A stretch of DNA of 64,000 bases from Myxococcota bacterium (GTDB taxonomy: Bacteria > Myxococcota_A > Polyangia > Nannocystales > Nannocystaceae): NCBI GenBank assembly GCA_039028615.1, contig JBCCHT010000032.1, positions 64,001-128,000 of the forward strand. Reading direction: 5' to 3'. Each line of letters begins with the position of its first letter. Position 1 is the stretch's first letter. Both the position numbers and the translations under genes were made by a program. The notes beneath the pieces were generated by a model. It was not told the DNA's origin. It was given only the letters and a program-made list of their open reading frames with translations, and made no database searches. This document shows positions 56,241 to 64,000 of this stretch, piece after piece.

Positions 56241-57899
56241 ATGAATCTCCAGAGCCCCTCCCTGCTCATCGCTCCCCTCGCTCTTTGCTCACTCTTCATT
56301 GCCACCTCGGCCCACGCCGGTGACACCCACGGCCCAACTTTTTCCGACGAATCCACCCTCCTCGATTTCGAACGCGTCGACGACCTCGCCTCCGCCAAGC
56401 TCGGCGGTGTCGCGTGGATGGACTACGACGACGACGGTGACCTCGACCTGTACCTCGTCAACTCGCCCGGCGGCGACAATGGCCTGTACCGCAACGACAA
56501 CGGCTCGTTCACCGACGTGGCCGACGAAGCGGGAGTGACCGGCGATGGCCTCGGCTACACCGGGGCGCTCGCGGGCGACATCGACAACGACGGCTGCACC
56601 GATCTGTTCATCACCGGGGCGGGGGCGTTCTTCGGCATCTCCATCCCCCATCGCCTCTACATGAACAACTGCGACGGGACCTTCACCGACGCGACCGCGA
56701 CCTCGGGCATCGACCCCATGCACCTGGGCATGATGGCCACCTTCGGTGACATCGACGACGACGGCTATCTCGACCTGTTCGTCGCGAGCCCGGGCAACTT
56801 CAGTACCGGCGTCCTGACCACCCAGAAGCTCTACCGCAACAACGGCGACGGCTCCTTCCAGGACATCAGCTCCAGCGCGGGCATTGCCACCGCCGAGGGG
56901 GCCTGCGTCGCTGCGTTCTCCGACTTCAACGACGACGGCTGGTCCGACATCCTCGTCGGCAGCTGCAACGCGCTCGACACCTCGGGAGACGCACCCGCGC
57001 CCATCCCCGGCCCCTGGGAGCTGTGGATCAACCAGGGCGACATGCGCTTCATCGACATGGCCGATGAAGCGGGCCTGAACGAGCACGAGGGCTTCCCCAT
57101 GGCCATCGCGCTGAGCGACTACGACCGCGACGGCGACATCGACATCTTCTCCACCGGGGCCGGCGTGGCCAATCCCTTCGGGGCCGAGGGCAACCTCAGC
57201 GAGCAGGTCCTGTTCGAGAACAACGGCGACGGCACCTACAGCGAGGTGACCGCGGAGGTCGGGCTGTCGGGCTTCGAGTTCGGCTGGGGGGCGACCTTCG
57301 CCGACTTCGACAACGACATGGACGACGATCTGGTGAAGGTCGGCAGCGTGGCGGTCTCGTTCATGCAGCTACTCGGCGACCTGGCGAGCCCCGGGCGCGT
57401 GTTCGTCAACGACGGCTCCGGCAACATGAGCGCAGAGCTCGACTTCGGTTTGCAGTTCCAGGCCACCTCCGGCCTCGGCGTGGCCGACTACGACCTCGAC
57501 GGCTACCCCGACATCGTCATCCAGAAGACGGCCTACGCGCTCACCGACACGCCCTTCGGCACCATCGCGGGGGACGGGCGCCCGGTGCTGCTGCGCAACG
57601 ACGGCGGCTACAACCGCTCCGTCACCGTGCGGCTCGTGGGCGAGCAGAGCAACGCGATGGGCATCGGGGCGCGGGTCACCGCGCACCTGACCGGGCGAGA
57701 CCCGCAGACCCGCGAGGTCTTGGCCGGCTCGAGCTTCGCTTCGACCGACAGCCCCTGGCTCACCTTCGGCATCGGCGGCCTGCACTGGGCGGCGGTCGAG
57801 GTCGAGTGGCCGTCGGGGCAGCACGAGTACTTCATCGTCACCATCTATGGCGACCAGGTGACCGACCTCGAGGAAGGTACCGGGATCGCTCTTCAGTAG
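56241..57899 (+). CDS. CRTAC1-like secreted protein (FG-GAP repeats + ASPIC/UnbV)
   Basis: Signal ..SAHA; many D.D.DG..DL and LYRNNGDG.F.D; SN..GIGARV, FG.G, V.WPSG. Confidence 0.9.
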   Translation: MNLQSPSLLIAPLALCSLFIATSAHAGDTHGPTFSDESTLLDFERVDDLASAKLGGVAWMDYDDDGDLDLYLVNSPGGDNGLYRNDNGSFTDVADEAGVTGDGLGYTGALAGDIDNDGCTDLFITGAGAFFGISIPHRLYMNNCDGTFTDATATSGIDPMHLGMMATFGDIDDDGYLDLFVASPGNFSTGVLTTQKLYRNNGDGSFQDISSSAGIATAEGACVAAFSDFNDDGWSDILVGSCNALDTSGDAPAPIPGPWELWINQGDMRFIDMADEAGLNEHEGFPMAIALSDYDRDGDIDIFSTGAGVANPFGAEGNLSEQVLFENNGDGTYSEVTAEVGLSGFEFGWGATFADFDNDMDDDLVKVGSVAVSFMQLLGDLASPGRVFVNDGSGNMSAELDFGLQFQATSGLGVADYDLDGYPDIVIQKTAYALTDTPFGTIAGDGRPVLLRNDGGYNRSVTVRLVGEQSNAMGIGARVTAHLTGRDPQTREVLAGSSFASTDSPWLTFGIGGLHWAAVEVEWPSGQHEYFIVTIYGDQVTDLEEGTGIALQ

Positions 57900-57911
57900 G
57901 GGAAGTGCACT

Positions 57912-57964
57912 CCTTCGGCGGGGCGCGGGCGTATCGGGTGGAATGACCCGCGCCCCGTCGAAGG
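57912..57964. terminator. Inverted repeat between convergent genes
   Basis: CCTTCGGCGGGGCGCGGG ... CCCGCGCCCCGTCGAAGG, 18-bp stem with one G-U pair. Confidence 0.6.
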
Positions 57965-58053
57965 TTGGGCCTTCTCACTGAGCTTGAACGGGTTCGTCGC
58001 CGCCTAGGATGGGCGAGGCGGGCCCGGTTTCGTTGGTTGGCTCGCGCGACGCC

Positions 58054-59649
58054 CTAGGGGGCGGTGCGGGCCATGTTGCGCCGTACGAACTCGTAGAGCT
58101 CTTGGCGTCGGAAGGGCTTGAGCAGGCACGGGGGGCCTTCGCTCTCTTCTCCCGCGGCCGTGCCCTGCAGGCGCGGACCCCCGCCGGTCACGTAGACGAC
58201 GCGGGAGGCGAGTTCGGGGCGCGCGGTGCTGATCCAGCCGTAGAGTTCTTCGCCAGACTCGCCCGGCATCATGAGGTCGCAGAGCACCAGGTCGTAGTTG
58301 GTCTTGGACGAGAGCAGGCCGCGGGCCTCGGCCGCGGACTCGGCCACGTCGACCTCGCCGAAGCGGCGCAGCATGGCCTGGAGGCCGCGGCGGATCTCGG
58401 GCTCGTCTTCGACCACCAGCAGGCGGGCGGTCGCGGCCGCTTCGCGCTTGCTCGGCGAGAACACCCGGGGCTGGGGCACATCCGCGGTGTCGGGGGCTTG
58501 GGCGGCCGGGGCGGGGGCGGTGGCTTCGGCCGGCTCGGCCGTGTCGGCGGGCAGCCGCACGGTGAAGCGCGTGCCCTGCTCGGAGTCGGAGTCGCAGTCG
58601 AAATCGAGCTCACCGTCGAGCTCGGCCACGTAGTTGTGGCACACGGCCAGGCCCAGACCCGCGCCGTGCCCGGCCGGCTTGCTGGTCACGAAGGGCTCGA
58701 AGATCTGGTCCCGAATCGCGACGTCGATGCCTCGACCCGTATCCCAGACGTTGATGTAGACCCAGGAGCCTTCCAGCCAGGTCTCGATCCCGATGGCGGG
58801 ATTGGCCTGCCCCGGCTCCAGCGCGTGCGCGGCATTGACGAGCAGGTTGTAGAGCACCTGCACCAGGCGCGAGGGGTTGGCCCGCACCGAGGGCACGGGC
58901 TCGAGCGAGGTGTGCACGCGGACCAGGGCGGCCAGCTCGGGGCGGGCCATCTCGAGCGCATTGCGGACCGCTCGGTTGACGTCCACCGGATCGCGGCGGC
59001 CATGGTCGCGGTCGTAGCTGCTCAGCCCGCGCACGATGTCGCGGACGCGCTCGGCCCCCTGCCGGGTCTTGTGCAGCAGCTCGCCGAGCTGAGGATCGGG
59101 GTTGGTGCGCTCGAGGTCCCGCGTGAGCTGGTCGAGGCACATGAACATGTAGGTCAGCGGGTTGCCGATCTCATGGGCCACGCCCGCCGCCAGGGTCTGC
59201 ACCGCGCCGATCCGCTCGGGCGTGCGGGCCATCTCTTGGGTCGTGGGGCGCGGGGTGGTGATGGTGGCGGTGGTCAGGCCGGGGCTGGGCGCGATGCTGA
59301 GCTGGGCCCGCCACGAACCCCGACTCGTATCGGAGACGGAGATGGCCAGCTGGGCGGGCAGCATGCGGCCGTCGGCCAGCACCAGCTCGCTCGACCAGGC
59401 GGTGCTCGAACCATCGCGATGGGCTCGGTCCAGACGGACCAGCACTTCTTGTGCGGCCGCGGCTCCCAAGCACGTCGCCAGCGAGCACGCCTTGGGGTGC
59501 CCGAGCTGATCGCGGGCGGCCGCGTTGGCATGGCGAAGTCGTCCGCGCGAGTCGAGTTCGAGCAGCGGAAATGGAACCGTTTCCCGAGCATCATCGAACG
59601 GTGCGGCCACGATGGGCTCGCTACGTTCGGAGGCAGGAGAAACGTTCAT
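58054..59649 (-). CDS. Cytoplasmic hybrid histidine kinase (PAS-HisKA-HATPase-REC)
   Basis: AHEIGNPL, QVLYNLLVNA, DTGRGI, GAGLGL; receiver LLVVED, DLVLCDLMMP, KPF. Confidence 0.92.
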   Translation of the reverse strand: MNVSPASERSEPIVAAPFDDARETVPFPLLELDSRGRLRHANAAARDQLGHPKACSLATCLGAAAAQEVLVRLDRAHRDGSSTAWSSELVLADGRMLPAQLAISVSDTSRGSWRAQLSIAPSPGLTTATITTPRPTTQEMARTPERIGAVQTLAAGVAHEIGNPLTYMFMCLDQLTRDLERTNPDPQLGELLHKTRQGAERVRDIVRGLSSYDRDHGRRDPVDVNRAVRNALEMARPELAALVRVHTSLEPVPSVRANPSRLVQVLYNLLVNAAHALEPGQANPAIGIETWLEGSWVYINVWDTGRGIDVAIRDQIFEPFVTSKPAGHGAGLGLAVCHNYVAELDGELDFDCDSDSEQGTRFTVRLPADTAEPAEATAPAPAAQAPDTADVPQPRVFSPSKREAAATARLLVVEDEPEIRRGLQAMLRRFGEVDVAESAAEARGLLSSKTNYDLVLCDLMMPGESGEELYGWISTARPELASRVVYVTGGGPRLQGTAAGEESEGPPCLLKPFRRQELYEFVRRNMARTAP

Positions 59650-59823
59650 GAACTAGTTCGTACTCGGCAAAAACGACGCGGTAAAGTGCGGTGCCCGCTG
59701 TCGCCCGAATCGGGACGCAGCGAACACACGAAGATCCCCGGAGCGTTCAGTTGGCTCCAAAACTGGCGAATTCGGACGATTTCACCGTCATCGTTCGAAC
59801 GATCGAAAGGGGCTCACCTTGGC

Positions 59824-61362
59824 CTACAGGCAGATTGCACCGCAGTCGTCGATCGCTCGTGTGACGCAGCCCGCATCCCATTCGTCCGTGCAACAAAATG
59901 CATCGAGGGTACACACACATACTTCGATCGCGACGTCTTCACAGCCGGGGTCGGGCCCGAGGTCGCAGCAGTCGCCCGCGTCCTCGGTTTCTTCGACGGT
60001 CAAGGTGTAGGTGCCCGATGCGTTGGCGCCATCGACGACGACCATCACCACTTGGCCCGCGGAAAGCAGTGCCGAAACCGCAGCCGCGGGTCCGCCGGCG
60101 TCGTCGTTGCAGCGCAGCTCTTCGCCCATGCAGGTCTCGTCGAGCAGGTACACCACGGTGTCGAAGCCGGAGCCGCTGGTGTCGAAGCGATAGATGCCGT
60201 CCTGGGGAACCTGCCACTGGTACGCGTAGTCGGGGCTGCCCAGCCCGCCGCAGCTGCCTGCGGTGGCTTCGTCGGTCATCGCGGTGGTGCCCATGACCAT
60301 GAACGGCACCGCGAGAGCGCCGAGGTCTTCATCGGGGCAGGCGCCGTCGAGTCGATCGACGGTCAGCGTGTACTCGCCCTCGTCGTCCAAGTAGCCCTCG
60401 ACCACGGCGGTGACCGCCTGACCCGAACGCAGCGGGAGGGCGAGCCCCGAGTGCCCGTCGAAGGCGCCCGGGCGGTCGCCATTGCACGCGAGCACGGTCC
60501 CGTCGCACTCGCCGTCGAGGATGCCGAGGGTGGTGTCGAAGTCGCTGCCCGCAGTGTCGAAGCGGTAGATGCCATCGCTGGGGGCGGTGAACACATGGGC
60601 CTGGTCGGCCTCGTCCATCGTGCCGCAGGGCAGCTCGAAGCGATCGGTCGCGAGCAGGGTCTGGCCCGTCGCGGTGTCGGGGAGCGCAGGTCCCAGCGTG
60701 GTGGCGGGGCACTGCACCGAGCCTTCGCGGACGGTCAGGGTGACCGGGCCGCCCTCGATGCCGAACGCGTCGACCACCACCGTGACCGGCTGTCCGCCGG
60801 GCAAGGGCAGGCTGAGCAGCGACGTGTTGGCACCCGCGATGCCGTCGTCGTCGCAGGCGAGCTCGCGGCCCTCGCAGGTCCCGTCGAGCACGTAGAGCAC
60901 GGTGTCGATCTCCGAGCCCTCCGTATCGAAGATGTACTCGCCGTCGCGCGGCGGCGTGAATGTGAACGCCACCTCCGGGGCCGAGCCTCCGCCGCAGGCG
61001 CTACCGAGCTCGTCGCGCTGCACCAGGGTGTTCGCCTCGATGCTCGAGGGCAAGGGGGCAGCGGGCAAGGTCGCCGCGGGACAGGGCATGTGTCCCGGGC
61101 CCCCGGTCGAGCTGCCGGTCGATGATTCGCTGCCCGTCGACACGGCGCTCGTGGTGGAGTCGGCGGCCGGGGGCGGGCCCGAGTCCTCCGTGGTCATCGG
61201 CGTCGGGGGGTCGCTCGGGCCCGAGGGCATCGAGCCCGTGCTGCCGATCGACGGGCTCGGCTCGAACGACTCGAAGCACGCCACGTCGACGCTGACGAGC
61301 AGGGCGAGGGCGCCGCTTCGTCGCCACGGGGTCCGCTGCATCATCGCCGTCGAGTGTCGCAT
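59824..61362 (-). CDS. Secreted or lipoprotein with three PPC-like beta-sandwich repeats and a Cys-rich tail
   Basis: 3x CP...P.DG.Y.FDT.GS..DT....LD..C....L.C..D; C-terminal CC...WD..CV. Confidence 0.8.
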   Translation of the reverse strand: MRHSTAMMQRTPWRRSGALALLVSVDVACFESFEPSPSIGSTGSMPSGPSDPPTPMTTEDSGPPPAADSTTSAVSTGSESSTGSSTGGPGHMPCPAATLPAAPLPSSIEANTLVQRDELGSACGGGSAPEVAFTFTPPRDGEYIFDTEGSEIDTVLYVLDGTCEGRELACDDDGIAGANTSLLSLPLPGGQPVTVVVDAFGIEGGPVTLTVREGSVQCPATTLGPALPDTATGQTLLATDRFELPCGTMDEADQAHVFTAPSDGIYRFDTAGSDFDTTLGILDGECDGTVLACNGDRPGAFDGHSGLALPLRSGQAVTAVVEGYLDDEGEYTLTVDRLDGACPDEDLGALAVPFMVMGTTAMTDEATAGSCGGLGSPDYAYQWQVPQDGIYRFDTSGSGFDTVVYLLDETCMGEELRCNDDAGGPAAAVSALLSAGQVVMVVVDGANASGTYTLTVEETEDAGDCCDLGPDPGCEDVAIEVCVCTLDAFCCTDEWDAGCVTRAIDDCGAICL

Positions 61363-61388
61363 GCCCGGCGGCGCTCGGTCGCGTCCGT

Positions 61389-62483
61389 TCAGCCCTGGGC
61401 GGCCGCCCAGGCTTCGGCCATGGCCGCCGCCGCCACGCGGCGAACTGGGGCCTGCAGTAGCTGGATCAACACGGCGAGCAGGGCGGTGGGGTCCGTGGGC
61501 AGGTAGCCCACGACGGCGGCGTGGAGCTCGAAGGCGCCGCCTCGGAACGCCACCAGCTCATCGCCCGTGTCCCCCCAGCGCAACGAGACTCGGTCGAGCG
61601 TCTCGCGAACGGCTGGCTGCAGCAGTCGCGGCGCCTGGGCACAGAGCACCTGAGCGAGGACCGGCAAGATCGGGTCCGGCAGCGGCTGGCCCACCAGATC
61701 GGCGGGCGCGGGGGGCAACGAACCCGGCTCCCCCTCGACCCGACCCTGCGGACCGACGCGAGCGATGTCGGCCATGGCCTCGGAGCCGACCACGACTTGC
61801 GCCACCGCGACGCCGTCGACCATGGTCAGCCGTCGCGGCCCGATGCCGTCGCGATCGAAGGCCCGGCCGTCGACGTACACCCGCTCGAGTCCGTCGCGAC
61901 GTTGAAGGCACACGCGTGGGCTCGCCCACGTCCACGTGTGCGGCTGGGGGACGAACGCGACGTCGATGGGCCCGCGGGTCCCCGCGAGCGCACGCGCCTC
62001 GGCATCGGCCATGAATCGAGCGCGGGCCTGCGCGGGGTCCTCGTCGACACGGAAGCTGGACTGGAGCGAGGCCCACAGCGCCTCGCTGGGGTACGGCCCG
62101 TGGTAGCGCAGCGGCCCGGTCGTCGCGCGCTGGGCCTGCCACGCCAGCAGGTTCAAGATCGCGGTCCCCGCTCCGCGTGGGAGGGCGGCGGGACGATCGA
62201 GGGCGGGGATCTGCTGCGGACGGCGCCAGTCGATGGCCGACGCATGAGCCAGGACTTCACCCTCCGCGTCGAGCACGACATCGCAGCGCCCCAGCACCGG
62301 GTGGGTGGTCGCGTCGGGCACCAGCGTCACTTCGCGGTGCTCCGGCGTGCGCACGACCAGCCGCCATGCGTCGCCGTCCTGCGTGCGATGGACGAGCACC
62401 GTGCCGTCCTCGCTCGTGATGCGTCGCGGCAGGCCGTCGTCGGTGTCCCACTGCAAACCGGTCGTCGGGGGCGTCGAGGCCAT
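61389..62483 (-). CDS. Hypothetical protein
   Basis: ATG-initiated 364-aa ORF with protein-like composition that fills the gap between neighbours. Confidence 0.65.
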   Translation of the reverse strand: MASTPPTTGLQWDTDDGLPRRITSEDGTVLVHRTQDGDAWRLVVRTPEHREVTLVPDATTHPVLGRCDVVLDAEGEVLAHASAIDWRRPQQIPALDRPAALPRGAGTAILNLLAWQAQRATTGPLRYHGPYPSEALWASLQSSFRVDEDPAQARARFMADAEARALAGTRGPIDVAFVPQPHTWTWASPRVCLQRRDGLERVYVDGRAFDRDGIGPRRLTMVDGVAVAQVVVGSEAMADIARVGPQGRVEGEPGSLPPAPADLVGQPLPDPILPVLAQVLCAQAPRLLQPAVRETLDRVSLRWGDTGDELVAFRGGAFELHAAVVGYLPTDPTALLAVLIQLLQAPVRRVAAAAMAEAWAAAQG

Positions 62484-62517
62484 GCACCGCGAGGGTAGCA
62501 GGTGCTATACGAGGCCC

Positions 62518-64000
62518 GTGCTCGACACCGAGACGCAGCTGCTGGCGGTGGTTCATCGCCTGGTCGACGACGAACAGCTCCCCGCCGAGCTCCTCGGTCT
62601 CGGCGATGCCGCGGCCGTGCTCGCCATGTCCGACGGGAGCCTGGCTGCGATCTTCACGCCCGCGTTCGGTTCAGCCGAGAGCATCGGCGCCAAGCTTCGG
62701 GCCATCGTCGACGACCATCCCGGCACGCACCTCAAGCTCGTGATCCTCGGAGGCGATGCCTCGCTGCGGGAGCACATGCCGAGCGCGGGGGGCATGCTCT
62801 CGCGGCGGGCGGTGCAGCTGTTTCACTGCGAGGTCGCGTCGCCCGGCGCCGAGCCTTCGCTATGGGTCGGCGGCGGGGCGCGAGCCGACTCGCCGCTGGG
62901 TCGGGTGCTCGAGGCGGCCAACCAAGGGCAGCTTCCCTCGGCCGAGCGCGACGCGTTGGCGGCCCGTGTGCGCAAGGTCGACGTGACCCCCGAGCAGCGG
63001 GCCGAGATCGAGGAGCACCGCGCGTTCGTCACCCACCTCAAAGGTCGCCCCGCGGTCACCTGGCTGCTGCTCGGCATCATCGCCGTCATCTTCGGCCTCG
63101 AAGAGATCTGGGGCGGCAGCGAGTCCATCCCCACCTTGGTGGGCATGGGGGGCAACTCGTCCGGCACCCTCGCGGGCGAGCCCTGGCGCTTGCTGTCGTC
63201 CGCCTTCCTGCACGCCGGGTTCCTCCATGTGGCGGTCAACGGCTTCGTCTTGCTCGTCTTGGGCGGTTTCCTCGAGAAGCTGCTCGGTGGGGGTCGCTAC
63301 GTCGTCTTGCTCGTCGTCGCTGCGCTCGGGGGGAGCCTCGCCAGTTCGCTGCTGTCCTCGGCCGTCGTCGCCGTGGGCGCCTCGGGGGCCATCTGGGGCG
63401 TGCTCGGGGCTGCGGCCGCGCTGGCCTGGCGTCCCGGGACCGTCATTCCCAAGGCCGTCGTCGCTCCGCTGCGTCGCAACGCCGTCGTCAACCTGGTGCT
63501 CAACCTGTGCGTCTCGTTTCTGCCCCAGGTCGACATCTGGGCGCACCTGGGCGGAGGCATCGCGGGGGCGCTGCTCGTGCTCAGCGGGTTGTTGGTCTAC
63601 GAGCTGCGAACGCCCGGCGATACCGAGACCCCGCCGGGCCCGAGCGAGCCCCGGTGGCGCGCGGCGGGGGCCGGGTTCGGGGTCATCGCCCTGGCGTGTG
63701 TCGCCATCGCGTGGTCCGTCGATCGTCCCTGGCGGTTGGGAGGCGAGCCCACACTCGTCACCCGAGACTTCGGCCACGGCGTCACCCTCACCGTCCCCGA
63801 GTCGCTCGGCGAGCCCGTCTCCATCCCCGCCAACACGGGCGGCGAGGCCTGGCAGGTCGGTGACATCGAGCGTGCGCCCGTCTCGTTCGTCGTCGATGTC
63901 TCGGTCCACGGCCTCGACGCGGCCAGCCTCGCCGACTTGGTGAAGACCTACGAACACGGCGGCCCCCAAACGCCGCCCGAAGTCGAGGTCCTACGCGAGT
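62518..64000 (+). CDS. Rhomboid intramembrane serine protease (runs off the window end)
   Basis: Not in the ORF track; GTG 62518; GEPWRLLSSAFLHAGFLHVAVN, VGASGAIWG (catalytic Ser), AHLGG (catalytic His). Confidence 0.9.
   Translation, partial: MLDTETQLLAVVHRLVDDEQLPAELLGLGDAAAVLAMSDGSLAAIFTPAFGSAESIGAKLRAIVDDHPGTHLKLVILGGDASLREHMPSAGGMLSRRAVQLFHCEVASPGAEPSLWVGGGARADSPLGRVLEAANQGQLPSAERDALAARVRKVDVTPEQRAEIEEHRAFVTHLKGRPAVTWLLLGIIAVIFGLEEIWGGSESIPTLVGMGGNSSGTLAGEPWRLLSSAFLHAGFLHVAVNGFVLLVLGGFLEKLLGGGRYVVLLVVAALGGSLASSLLSSAVVAVGASGAIWGVLGAAAALAWRPGTVIPKAVVAPLRRNAVVNLVLNLCVSFLPQVDIWAHLGGGIAGALLVLSGLLVYELRTPGDTETPPGPSEPRWRAAGAGFGVIALACVAIAWSVDRPWRLGGEPTLVTRDFGHGVTLTVPESLGEPVSIPANTGGEAWQVGDIERAPVSFVVDVSVHGLDAASLADLVKTYEHGGPQTPPEVEVLRE

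Overview
GC-rich bacterial DNA that looks myxobacterial (Nannocystaceae-like; inferred from the Cys-rich and Ser/Thr/Asp-linker lipoproteins, Ser/Thr kinase-TPR receptors, FHA-AAA regulator and PilZ-J protein). About 40 real CDSs are present; most other ORFs in the track are high-GC antisense or shadow frames. I see no rRNA, tRNA, CRISPR array or transposase. Recognisable genes include a flavin-dependent halogenase, exported MsrA, class II photolyase, OYE flavin oxidoreductase, Hsp15, an RND permease, a gamma-glutamylation operon (ALDH/GS-like/Fe-ADH), thioredoxin, Fe/Mn SOD, a hybrid histidine kinase and a rhomboid. Most notable: (1) an ECF sigma factor coupled to an anti-sigma-like membrane protein whose outer domain is a beta-lactamase/PBP fold with all three catalytic motifs altered; (2) a divergent lipoprotein trio resembling integrin architecture (a 7-bladed propeller on a Cys stalk opposite MIDAS-vWA proteins); (3) an AbiEii-type nucleotidyltransferase coupled to a non-AbiEi partner, next to a gene remnant; (4) a Ser/Thr kinase whose only upstream in-frame ATG is followed directly by TAG. 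All family calls come from motif recognition by eye, not from database searches.
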